Source of the DNA: Mayamaea pseudoterrestris
Lineage: Eukaryota
Direction of reading: 5' to 3'
NCBI GenBank assembly: GCA_027923505.1
Contig: BROI01000023.1
Span: forward strand, 310,001 to 374,000
DNA: 64,000 nt
The notes under the pieces are model-generated. The model was not told where the DNA came from, did not search any database, and was given only the letters and a program-made list of their open reading frames with translations. Shown piece by piece: positions 45,854-57,668 of the stretch (positions are counted from its first letter, which is position 1; every line of letters starts with the position of its first letter). The position numbers and the translations under genes are program-made.

Positions 45854-46709
45854 ATGGCTGGCGGACCATCGATAGCTTCTGGCTTGTCTGATCAACAGTA
45901 TGCATATCCAAGTTACACGCAAAGCATGTACCTGAACCAGCCAGAGAGTTACGGAAGAATCCCAACCGTTGCCGAGACAATGACTCTTGGTACAGAAGAA
46001 AGTTATTATATGACAGATCGCCGGAAAAACGCAACATATTACCAATATGACCAAGAAATGATGAGTTGTCATAATAATCCACCGTTGTTGGTATCGGACG
46101 ATCGATCTGGCCCAACATCGAGAGGAGTGTTGCAGTTGCGACAGCCGACGCGTAATCCACAGAAGCGATTCGTGTGGACTGACGCACTACATGGGCACTT
46201 CGTCCATTCGATCTTTAACATCGGTTTAAAAACGAACGTTTTTGATTGTGCGATGCCAGTCGCTCAAGCAATTCTCTGTGGAATCTCACACCATTCACAC
46301 ATGGTTCCCCTGACACCGTGTCTTGCCAGAAGAGCTCCAGCAGCGTTTATGCGGGTTGACCAACGATAGGTGCGTGGTAGCAACTGAATGCTTGCAGCGC
46401 ATCCTGAGCGAGTATAAAAAGATCGAGCCTGCCATGAAAAGGACATTGCGAGTAGCCCGCCACATCGTTAGTCGGGCCATCAAGAAACAAATGCCAAACG
46501 AACAAGCGCTTGGAGCGCGAAAGAAGCACAACACACGACTAAAGACGAAGTATTACTTTCTTACTTTGCCGACGCTGAACAAGGTTAAACTCGCATCGCC
46601 AATTGGGAAATCTCTCGCTGCGCTAATTGATTTACTCCAGATACTCGAATGGCGAGTGGTAGCCCAAAGAACAAGCATGACCTTGACGGACAATCCTGCA
46701 AGGCGCTAA
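45854..46709 (+). pseudogene. GARP-type Myb plus coiled-coil paralog 4, probable pseudogene
   Basis: KRFVWTDALHGHFVHSIFNIGLK and LTLPTLNKVKLASPIGKSLAAL...VVAQR are in different frames. The homologous intron (46234..46318) reads GA...CG instead of GT...AG, and the ORF stops before the family C-terminal motif. Confidence 0.8.
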
Positions 46710-47852
46710 CCAAAAGCGAACCCAAACTGTCGCTGGAAGCACCATAGGTTACGACCTACATCACAAAGTATCGCCATTGATCTTGCTGCAAGGCCGGAAA
46801 CAGCCACAATAGTCGATAGCTGTATCTGAAAAAGAAATAGAATAGTAAAGGTAGCTAATAATACTTGACGTTAGCAAGGCGAAGTGGGTCTCGATCGTAT
46901 ATGGCCCGAATTACTCCACCCCTTAATCGCGACAAATATCTAAAACTACGTCCATCTATGAAGCGCTGTACATGATGATGACAATATAAAACGAACGCTG
47001 CCATGCCCGATACGAACAAGCCAGACTATACTCAATTTAAACAGATTACCAGTGGTATAATATTACGATACCACCAAATGGCGTGTGACAAGGAGTCAAG
47101 CAAGGCGTCGACACGCTAATTTGCAAGATTCATATTCAAGAAGCATGTGGACCACAGATTCCGGGGCGTATATGAAGTATGCTGGTTCCATGCGCGCCGG
47201 TCCAGCTTTGCACAAGTGCAAAGCTCCTTTTTTGCACAAAATGCGTCATTCAAGATGCTGCTTATGGACCAATGAGACATTTTCGGAAATAAAAGTAACA
47301 ACGAGTCCGCGGACGGCGTCGATGAAGCCGTGGGAAGGATAATGAAGCCAAGCTCGAATATTGCCCGGCTTCATTGCGATCCTTTTGTCATGTTAACACC
47401 GTCGGCAAGCCGCCGATGAATCTCAACTGAATCTTCCGCGCTTAAAGAGACCTTTATACTCGCCCACTGCAACATCAGCGGACATATGGCAGTTCGAATG
47501 AAGTTACAGCAGCCGATCCTGAGATAGTCGTGTCATTGCCAGAGAAAGCGAGACGAATCTTCATCGCCTTTTGACTGAAACAAAGATTCTTCTGTTCCCT
47601 GACTTGTTGAAGCGAAGCCCGAAGTACTGAAAACGCAGCGCCAAGTGTCAACTAAAGCTTGATTGAAGGTGCCATTGAACCGCAATACAGTTAAATCGCA
47701 TAATGTCCGATGTTGCAAATGGCGTCAAGAAGGAGTTTCCAGACGAGGAAAAGCGTAAGCGATGGCAAACGGAAACTGTACGATCAACGCTGAGCCACTC
47801 GGCGGCAAACGTAAGCACGCTTAGTTCGAGTGCCGCATCCGTTTATTGTGCA

Positions 47853-49172
47853 ATGAATCAGCAACAGCGGCAGCAACATCAGTTTGTAGGACCCCATTCA
47901 CCGCAAGACTTGTATTCGTACCAGAGAGGGCCTTTGCATCCTGATCCATACTACGCAGCCGACGTTGCGCACCATCAATGGGCCGCCAGCACCATGGGAC
48001 TGAGCATTCCGCCAATCCCCGAAGGCGTCTACACGGACATGAGTGGTGGGGGCTTTCCTCCGACGCAAACGTTGCTGATTCGCAAGCGGCGGAGGGCATC
48101 CTCCGACGTTGACTATACAGAGCCATCCTCGGACAATGACGAGCAAACTAGCTCTCTTTCCACGGCTGCCCCGCCTCCAAAGAGCCGACGGAAGAAAAGA
48201 GCGGCTTCAGCTAGCAAGCGGACAGGCAAACGCTTCGCCTGGCCGGATGACTTGCATCGGGATTTTGTCACGGCCATTTTCGCAACGGGGCTCAAGCAGT
48301 AAGTCAATCATGCAGAAGTGGGCAAGGTGTAATCGTACAAGTATTTTGCATTTTAAATTGCCAGCCACTCATCGTCTCTCCTTTGCCTTTCCGTCCTCTT
48401 CAGCGCATCCCCAGGTCAATTGGCCGACATCATGTCCATGAAGACATCAGCCGTGTCGACGGAAGCCGTCAAGAGCTACTTGGTCAAGTACCGAGGCAAG
48501 CAGGCCGATGCACGAAACTCTTTCATGAGCTCCTACGAGGCGGGTCAGCTGGCGGCCGCAGCAGGCAAGCCTACCAGTAGCCAGAGCGATTCTACAAGGC
48601 AAAATGACTCCACCCGTCATGGCAGTAGTGCCTCGTCTACCGACGATGAAAGAACACCTTCCCAAACCATTTCCAAGGAGCAACATGGCATGCTTTCTCT
48701 TCCGAAGCTCACTGAAGATGAAGCCGGTTCGCACTTGGGAGCGTCTCTGGGCTATCTCATGGGTCTCTTGGCTACATTGGAGCAGCAGCTCGTTGCCCAA
48801 CGAGCTGCTACGCAACTCAGCTCCTTTCGAACCGCTAAGAGCAAGTCAGTGGGAGCAACCATGGCGCACATGCATTCGGTCCGCGAGCATGTTCGTCAAG
48901 TAACAGGAGGTGCAGCGGGAGCTGCCACAGTGGTTACTGCGCCATCGACGGTAGCCACGGAAGCAACCAACAGCACAGCAGAGTACCACGAGCAATATCA
49001 AGATCATGATCTATCATCCGAAATAACTACACATCCACCCGAGTCGCCTACGAACCTTCGTAACAAGCTAATGATGCAGCGGCATGGATCGATTGACATT
49101 AGCAGCTTTGACGGGTTGGAACATGACGACGATGACGGAGAAAACATTTTCAGCTTTCTCAACAGTATCTAG
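47853..49172 (+). CDS. GARP-type Myb plus coiled-coil transcription factor, paralog 5 (closest to the canonical consensus); join(47853..48298,48404..49172)
   Basis: KRFAWPDDLHRDFVTAIFATGLK|HASP...VKSYLVKYR, LPKLTEDEAGSHLGASLGYLMGLLATLEQQLVAQR, and terminal ENIFSFLNSI. Confidence 0.88.
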
Positions 49173-49713
49173 ATGTGTGAAAGGGATACATGCATTATAC
49201 CGGATGGCGTTAAACATACTATTAACCTATTATTTTCTACTCTGTCACTGGAAACCAAAGTGGAGAGGCATTCTGGCTTGGATATCTTCCTAATTCGTCC
49301 CTCCTTCATTAGTGACAATATTGGCTTCTCTGCCGTAATATACAGTCGATCACAAACCTTTCGTCCCCTTGTATAAAGTTTGTATCGATGCGATGAACAC
49401 GACGCCTCTCATTCCTTGCGTCGGGACACTACCGTACCGTACCTCCAGCGCATAATGATGGATAGCTAAACAACCTTAAGCCAGTGCGACATTTATGGTA
49501 TGCGTGACGCATTCGTTTCGTTCTGGCCCGCCATGGCAAAATGTGGCAACGATTCTCCCAAACCATTCGATAAACTAAAATTGTAATATGCACACTTGCA
49601 GCTTGACAGAGCCAAGCTCTATGTGATCTGGTTGAACCAATATCAGGAGCTGACTGAACTGGCTGTTCGCTTCTTCTATCTCGCCGCAAGCGCCATCGAC
49701 TGCTCCGAAGAAA

Positions 49714-50580
49714 ATGCGGCGACATGGCTCATTTTTCTTGCTGACAGTTTGGTATTTGACGATGCGGCTCGACCCATGCATGGGTTTAATGCCAAGAAAG
49801 ACTGTAAGAAGATTGATAGTGAATCAGCCAGCAATTGATAATTCAAATGACGATTCGTATCATGAAGTAGAAGTTGCTTCGGGAACGACTGGGCGATTCC
49901 ATTTCCAATCTGATTGTCGAAAGCAACGTGAAGAATTGCCGCTTCTTTCATCAGCAAGACGACACTTCGTTCTCCAGCTGCTATATGCCTCGCTGTTACC
50001 ACAAGTTTCTTTTGCGAGAGAGCCGATTCAGCTCGAGTATTGCCTCGTGTCACTTTTGCGAGCACTCGGCATGTTTCGTGCCATTGCCACGGAGCTTGGC
50101 AACACATCCAATGGTTCCTTCAAGCTGAATACATATCTGGAGGCCAGAGCTGGAGCCAAGGCGCTGCTAACGGGCAAGCTTGGAGGTGGTGGTACCATTA
50201 CAAAGCGAGTATACGCCCTCTCGTCCCTTCGGTTTGTTGAATGCTTGGCCACTTTACAGCAGCAGTACAAGGATTTGCCTATACTGGCTTCGTCATCACC
50301 TACCAGCACAAGGAGTGCACCTACTGCTGACATTACGCGCGACCTTGTCGAAGCCATTGCCGAATTGGTCGAGTTCGACGGTCTTGACTCATTGACGGAT
50401 CCATCCCCTCGATCAGCACTGACTCTTGCCCAATACACGGACCAAAAGGCAGTGTTTGTTCGACGATGCTTGGTTGAAAAGGTCCTGCCCTTGGGTGAAC
50501 GTATATTGCAGTACTATAAGGATATGCCGGCGATGGAAACGGCGAAACGATACATGCAGCAATACTATGCCGACGAATAG
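49714..50580 (+). CDS. Hypothetical protein, probably plastid/thylakoid-lumen targeted
   Basis: N-terminal hydrophobic signal, then ARRHFVLQLL...SFA (Tat-like), then a helical domain containing LVEFDGLD...DPSPRS. Confidence 0.65.
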   Translation: MRRHGSFFLLTVWYLTMRLDPCMGLMPRKTVRRLIVNQPAIDNSNDDSYHEVEVASGTTGRFHFQSDCRKQREELPLLSSARRHFVLQLLYASLLPQVSFAREPIQLEYCLVSLLRALGMFRAIATELGNTSNGSFKLNTYLEARAGAKALLTGKLGGGGTITKRVYALSSLRFVECLATLQQQYKDLPILASSSPTSTRSAPTADITRDLVEAIAELVEFDGLDSLTDPSPRSALTLAQYTDQKAVFVRRCLVEKVLPLGERILQYYKDMPAMETAKRYMQQYYADE

Positions 50581-51834
50581 AATGGGAGTGGCGTCGTCCA
50601 GTGACAGGAGACTGATCAATTTACATTGCAAGCTTAACGAACATCATGTACACTAAGAGATTGACAAACTTTCGACTGTTTCTGTTGTCGGCAATGGTGT
50701 CAACAAACGTCGGCACGTTTCGGGGAAGTTTGCGACTTTTAGCAGTGAAACTACCGGTAGACACTACCCTTTCCTGCCGGGCACAGCAGCAAAGGCCATT
50801 CTACTAAATTAAAGTTGTTGATGGCGAAATGTACTGGGAAGGATGCAAATGGGGAAGGATACAAATAAATGGACATGGCGATCATGTACAACAACATTGA
50901 TTGGACGACGATTCGATCCGTTCTGTTTCAGCAACTATTGGCCGAGTATTGGTAGGCCATTGCGACGCATTATGCAACCGCACTTCCTTTTCCGATTCAA
51001 ATAAGGAAAATAGACAAGGCCACTCGGCTAGATTAGCAACGAATGCTTCATGGCCGTCGCCGCATATCGTACATCTCTTAACAACCGCCCAGGACGGCGT
51101 TCATGCTGGAAACTCTACAGAAAAGTAGTTTCAATACACGAGAATAGTAACTTATACAAAGGATAAAGTTGACTTATAGTAAACAGCAAAACGCGGTCTT
51201 CGGCGTTGACGACCTGTCTTCGCATGTACACAATGAAAAAATGGCAGACGCTGATTTTCTACTCCATGGAATTGATAAAAATGTAACGCTGTGGATGAGT
51301 TCTCTATGCTCAACGACGACTACTGCATGACATTTGTTTATAGACAGAGTCGTTGAAAGCCAGCAACCAGCAATGGCGGGCGAGAATTGCGTGAACGTGT
51401 AAAGGAACTCTTTGCTCTCGATTGGCGACGCTTTCGTTTGTGCGGGGAAAACTTTGGAATCGCGAACTCTTTGGTGTTATGCATCATTCGAAGTGCAGCA
51501 GCCGAGCACTTGATGTTGAATTCATTGCTGTGTTTGATCTTGGTCGGCTAAATGATCGACAACTCGGGTATTCCATTACTACGCGAGTACGAGTGCAGGC
51601 ACCGATACAAGCACAAGCAGGCCTGGTTGATGCTCGCTTCCACGGATTTCGCCACCAATGTCGTCAAGCAGCCTAAAGTAGTTGCCATGGCGGGGTTACC
51701 TATGGATGGGACTCGTTACGGAGTAAGGGAGATAGTGCCAGCATGATGGCTCGGCGCCTCGTTCACATTCGCGATGTTGCGTGGCCGAGTCATAGGCGGT
51801 CGTGCCAAAACCGTCACTATCGACTAGACAGTAC

Positions 51835-51950
51835 GCCAATAACTTTGAAATATTTCACAGTTATTGGCACTGTGAGACAAACAGTAAACTTTGAAAATCA
51901 AAGTTATTGGTCACTGTCGTTTAAAGAGTAGTCCAAAAACTTTGAAAAAA
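51835..51950. repeat. Palindromic repeat family A, cluster 3 (one full and two degenerate copies)
   Basis: GCCAATAACTTTGAAATATTTCACAGTTATTGGCACTG, then AACTTTGAAAATCAAAGTTATTGG, then CCAAAAACTTTGAAAA. TATTTCACAGTTATTGGCACT is the exact reverse complement of 1742-1762. Confidence 0.88.
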
Positions 51951-53600
51951 GGCCCAAGCAGATACATTGGTATGATTGGCTGCGTCGTACGTCATCTGAT
52001 GACCTTGCGTGACTGACACGAGCCAGCTTTCCTTTCCACCATGAGGATTGCTCGATGATGACCTTATCATTCCAACCCAGTCCTACATGTATGATCATAT
52101 GATTGCACGACATCATGATGAGCAAGAATGCGTCTCGTCAGCATGGTTGATTCATCGTGAGACGCAGCGACACAAAGGACTACTGGTGATCGGTGTTCGC
52201 GCATCTCGTCAGTCGGCATGCTACGCACCGACAGAAACGTCGACCCATCAGCATGAAACAACCAATTTATCTCTCACATATTACTATGCATACAGCTACG
52301 ATGAGATGGATGGATCATAAAGTAACTGATGTCCCTATCATGTTACGTGTCGCGGAGAAGCGGGAAGCGAAGGCCCGAGTAAACAAGAGCCAAATTTCTT
52401 CAAGCGGAAAACGAATGCGAGGGGCGTAGTGAGCATTATTAAGATGATGTAACTTGGCAACCGCGCTCTGACGAAATGTTACTGGCTGTCAGACTCTGGT
52501 TGACTAGTTGAGCTTGACATCGACATTGGAATAATTGGTTTGATTATTGGGCCAAGCCACAAAAGCACGACGACACATATTTGCATAAGCCAGACAAAAC
52601 TGTCATCCTGCGTAAAGCGCTAGAACTATTGACGCACGAACTCAATGCTGTGTTCGGTGATGATTGCCGAAACGAAACCTTGCTCTGGCTTGGCGAACAC
52701 CGACGTTCTGCAATACCCTTGGTGCAATTTCGCTCGTTGTATTGTTTCGACGGCCGCACTCGCCTTGCCGCTGCCATCCAATCGTGGATCAGAACTGAAT
52801 TAATGACCGCCACTTGCTGTCTTGAAGCAAGTCAGTTGACTGCATGCGGTACCGCTGGTGACAAGTCATCTTCGAGCACTGATTGCCCCTGCCGCCAGAT
52901 GTATGGCCCTTTCCATGCACAACTGACATTCACTCGCTCGGAAAGCATGGTTTGACTAACCCTGCATGAACTTATAACTTTGAAAAGTGTTGCAACTCTA
53001 TAGGTCTCGCTTTTGGTGACGACGCGCGTCCAATCCTCGCACGCGCAAGCGCTTGATCCGCTGTGCGACTGCTCGCCAACAAGTTAACAACGGTGCGTTG
53101 CATATGCTACAAATGGCTGACTGTGCTTTCATGCCTATCGACGCCGTTGCTATGTCGAACGACGCGGTGGAGCGCGCCAGGGCATTCACAACATCATTGC
53201 GCATTGGTGCAAGAGCAGGCACATGCAAACGACGATATATCTAGACGTAAACTAGTCTTTTATTTGTGCCCCACTAGCAAATATATTCGCTTCTGAAGCG
53301 CCTTCACTTCCCTTCTGGTCGTAACAATACGAGTAGTGCAAGACAGCGTATGTTAGCAGCGTCGCCGCATGCGACAGAATATCGAGTCGCACCAGTAATC
53401 GTTTTCATTCGCGCGATGAATCGGCTTCACCCAAAAGTGCGCGCAACGCTTGCCGAAAACTCGGAAAATTCGCGAGTCGCGTTAACTCTCACTCAGTTGA
53501 CTGCACTGGTGCTGCTGCTTCCGTCCCCAGTCGTAGTCCTGTGCACGGTACTCTTGGTGAAGTCGTCACTCTCATCTGTCGCTAGCATTCATAATTAACC

Positions 53601-55399
53601 ATGATGCGACCGCAACGCCGATGGAGCCCCAGCAAGGCGACGAATGGAACAGCAGGCGGCAGTTCGACTGACTTATTGACGGTTGGCGCAGCTTGCGACG
53701 ACAGTCCGACAAGTACCATAGTCGCTTCTTCCTCCTTTACAAATGTCAATCTCAGTCATAATCATAACAATGGTTCGCCAGTCATGAAGCAACGACGACG
53801 GAAGCAAGACTCTCGAATTTACTCGTTCCGACGAATTTCCTTCTTGGCGTCGCGCTTCAAACTGCTACTGACCATGGCAGTACGGCTTGGCGCTGCTTGT
53901 TTACTACTCTCGTATCTGAGACCCTTGCTGCATTACTCGCAGGAGCAAAGAGCGACGGCAAATGTTTCCTCGTCTGTCTTGACGAGTGATGGAGACGAAG
54001 AAGGAAATGGAAACGGCGACGGCATTTTTTCTACAGAACAACATGATCAGTTCTTACAATATTCATCCAATCTACCTACCTGCAATGCAATTTCACCTGA
54101 ACAAGTCTCATATACATTGGTGACGCAGTGCAGCGAGGATCGACTTTGGATGATGGAGCATCACTGCAAACGGTGGAGTGTGACTGCGGCTAGCACGACT
54201 CACGATTCACCTTCACCTATTAGTTTGGTCGTTTACACCAACATGACGATTGACGACGCGAAACGAAAGCTTTCCGACAGATACCATTGTCCGGTAGATG
54301 CTGGATTGACGGTCCAAGTACTGCCAATGGTATATAAAGACGCCGATTATCCTGTCAATATTCTCCGCAACATGGCCTTTGCAGCCGTGGCTACAACGCA
54401 TGCAGCCTACGTTGATATTGACTTTTGGACATCGACGGATCTCCATGACATTCTCATGACTCCCGTGGTGCAACACAAGCTGGCGCAGTCGCATCAGCAT
54501 GCGCTGGTGCTGCCGGCCTTTCAGCTGCATCGACAATGTCACGCTTGGCAGGCTTGTCCGCGCAAGACTATTCCACTCATGCCCAAAACCAAAAATGACA
54601 TGATTCCATTTCTATTGAACAAAACAATCACGGCCTTTGATCCAACCAATTTTGGTGGCCATGGAAGTACGCGCTACGTGGAATGGGTCGATCAGGCGGC
54701 CGACGAACTGCTCCCCATTGAGTGCGTCAAGTCGAACCGTTATGAACCCTATCTGGTAGTGAGAGTGTGCAACGAGCTTCCACCATTGCAGGTAAGAAAG
54801 AGCATGTGTATCATTGCTGTTCTATGTGTGCTTGTTTGTTTGGCCGACTTTGAAATGACAACTCACGCACCACAACTTTCGTCCCACTGCCCATGCTCCG
54901 TCTTCCATCGCATTCCTTCGCTCTGCTACACATTCATACACAGCCTAGTCTTTTTGGATATGGGAAGAACAAAATGACCTGGATCATGCAGTTGCGAAGG
55001 GTCGGTTACACCTTTGATCAATTGGGCGAAGCCTTTGTCACACACTACCCGCACATGGACTCGAAGGCGCGCTTGATCTGGAACGGCGGTCCGCGAGGGG
55101 CTCATTTGCAGAAACCAGCAGACGAGAATTCTTTCCAAACGTATCAGCGAGGAAGGACGGATCAAACTTTTGTCAAGTTTCGTTCATGGCTGGAAACGCT
55201 GCCCGACCGCACCAAAGTGTTTAGGTGCGAGGAGCACTTGGACGATGACGCGAGGCTTTGGGTGGCACACAGTGACAAGCAAAAGGTCAAGGAGATGAAC
55301 ATAAGAAAGGTTGCGATTGCTGATCGAACTCGAGACGAAAGTGACGGTTCGGAAGATGATGAATCGTCATCCGACTCAGCGGATGCGGCAGAGAGCTAG
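53601..55399 (+). CDS. Glycosyltransferase family 49 (LARGE/B4GAT1-like) type II membrane protein; join(53601..54791,54944..55399)
   Basis: N-terminal transmembrane segment; TLVTQCSEDR, YPVNILRN, DID, ALVLPAF and YEPY motifs. GYGKNK is restored after the CAG|GTAAG...CAG intron. Confidence 0.9.
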
Positions 55400-55904
55400 C
55401 ATTTAGCCGTCTCTGCTATACCATACAGTACATGACACATATTCGTGGCTCCGTATATTAGCACTGTATTTCTATGCAAACGCAAAGTAATGTTTTCTTC
55501 GTAAATGCTACTCTGATTGATTGGATGGCAACATATAGAATCCGTGTCAATAATTGGCCCGCGACAAACGAATTGAATCCAGAACAACACTTTGTGTCTG
55601 CACAGTGATCTCCATTTTTAACCTGTGTATATCAAATGTACGTCACGTCCGCCCTTTTCTGTTTAAAAAAGAGCGGTTTGCCACCAATCGATCTTGATGC
55701 AGGAACCAAACGGCGTGACACAACTTCATATGGCTGCAAAAGCGGCTTCTGTATGATCGACTAGTAAAGGCAATTTGTCTTCTTTAACAAATAGCGTACG
55801 ACGTTAGTCTATCAGGTGATCTCGAGCAATATCTTTTTCAATGCGTTCATTGCTTGGCGTTCGACACACTCGAGCACTCCTCATTCTCGCATTCCAATTT
55901 ACTG

Positions 55905-57668
55905 TTAATGCTCCCACTCCATCGTTGTCGGCAGATCGGGTACAGCTCCGAACCGAGACAATGGCCAGAGTCGCAGGATTGGCCGACCAACAATGTCACT
56001 GAAAGGCAACGTGCCCCATACGCGACTGTCGATGGAAACGGAAGCGCAATCGCCCAGCACAACGACTTGATTTGGCGGAACAATGAGTGGATTGACGCCG
56101 TCGTGTGGTTCAATGTATCGCTCAATCAGTCGCAAAGGTTCCGCGACGCAAAGGTCGCGACGATCTTTGGTGACATCCTTTCCATTCACTGACACACTTC
56201 CACTTTTAGTGACTGTCAAAACATCACCCGACTCGGCAGCGACCCGCTTGACAAACAAGTCGCGATCACTAAGAGACCGTCCAGCCGATTGCGCAATGAT
56301 TTCCTGTAACTTGGCGGGCGGATGAAACAAGACGACGCTATCAGGGCGGTGATTGTATTGGGGTAGTATTCGTGGCGTGATCTTGTCAACCAGCAAAACA
56401 TCGCCGACTTGGAGAGTTGGATCCATGGAAAGACTGGGAATGACAAAGAGACTGACGGCTTGCGATATAACAAACGCCGCCACCAATCCAGTAACTGCCG
56501 TAAATAGCGAACCAATGGCCGAGACGGCATTGTACATGGCTGGTGTATAAAGCTTGGGAATGTCTCTTTCGTTAATTTGAATTGGCCATTGTCGCTCCAG
56601 CTCTTGGACGAGTGGGTAGATTGGTTTAAGCTCGTAATTTGCTCCGGGTCGACTTTGGAACAGGTCAGCATCTGTTTGCGGATCGGAAATGCGCATGATG
56701 CGATACTCGACGCCAGGATATGCTCCCTGCTGGAACATCTTTTGTCGCTGCGACAACTTTTGGAGAATTGGAACAACGATACGTCCAACGTGAACGTCAC
56801 GATTGTGCTGATTGGCGGCTGCAGGGTCTTTAATCATTCGAATGTCGTCAAAGTTTAGCCAATCAATGGGGCTACTCTTGGACTGCTCTCGTACGGCGTC
56901 ACTTGTTTTATTTGGTGGGCATTCATGTACGGTAATTCCCATTTGAAGCTGCAATGGAGCATTTCCGTCAGAGCCTCCAGCAAATGTTTGCAATAGCTTG
57001 GTCTGCAGCAAGTGCGCTCCAAAATCGTTGGCCCGACCCTCGGCCAGCTTGGAATGTTCGAGACTAACAAAACGCATCCCCGACCTCCATTCAATGTCAA
57101 ATTTGGGACCGTCTATTTGGTTTCCTTTTAGTCGCAAGCAAAATGTAGCGTCGACAGAATCATTTGTCGAGTCTGGCAAGTACTGAAGGAAGATTCCGGC
57201 GCGTTCCTCCACCTGCTTGGCAAAAAGTGGAAGAATGCGATAGGACATGCCGAAACCATCAGTATTCTTTTTCTTGTTGTGGCATGTGGAAGTCGAGTGA
57301 CTGTCACTGATAAAGCCGCGTGGATAGAGCTTGATGCGAAACCTGCTTTGCGCCATTCCATTCGATTCCACCTTCAAAACTTTGCTCTCCACAAAGTCAC
57401 CAGGTCGGAGTAGCAAGAGATCATTGCAAGATGGAAACAATAGAGTAGCATTCAGATGAACTGTTGCAGGCCTAGCGAGAGGAACATTAAGATTTGAAGC
57501 TGTTAAACCTTCCTCGTGATTTTTAACGAAAGCGGATGTTGGCCAAATTGATTCTTGCACCGTACAGCGACTTGATGGCGTCATAAAAGCAGCAGCGATG
57601 AAACCATATGATGAGAAAACAAGAAACAAAGATATTATTGTTCGTGATGATTGACAGTGAGTGGACAT
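55905..57668 (-). CDS. Plastid type I signal peptidase (S26, thylakoidal-processing-peptidase-like) with a long N-terminal extra domain
   Basis: IPSLSMDPTL..GD (catalytic Ser), FVKRV (catalytic Lys) and GD....S.DSR.WG motifs. The signal peptide ends AAA-F. Confidence 0.9.
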   Translation of the reverse strand: MSTHCQSSRTIISLFLVFSSYGFIAAAFMTPSSRCTVQESIWPTSAFVKNHEEGLTASNLNVPLARPATVHLNATLLFPSCNDLLLLRPGDFVESKVLKVESNGMAQSRFRIKLYPRGFISDSHSTSTCHNKKKNTDGFGMSYRILPLFAKQVEERAGIFLQYLPDSTNDSVDATFCLRLKGNQIDGPKFDIEWRSGMRFVSLEHSKLAEGRANDFGAHLLQTKLLQTFAGGSDGNAPLQLQMGITVHECPPNKTSDAVREQSKSSPIDWLNFDDIRMIKDPAAANQHNRDVHVGRIVVPILQKLSQRQKMFQQGAYPGVEYRIMRISDPQTDADLFQSRPGANYELKPIYPLVQELERQWPIQINERDIPKLYTPAMYNAVSAIGSLFTAVTGLVAAFVISQAVSLFVIPSLSMDPTLQVGDVLLVDKITPRILPQYNHRPDSVVLFHPPAKLQEIIAQSAGRSLSDRDLFVKRVAAESGDVLTVTKSGSVSVNGKDVTKDRRDLCVAEPLRLIERYIEPHDGVNPLIVPPNQVVVLGDCASVSIDSRVWGTLPFSDIVGRPILRLWPLSRFGAVPDLPTTMEWEH

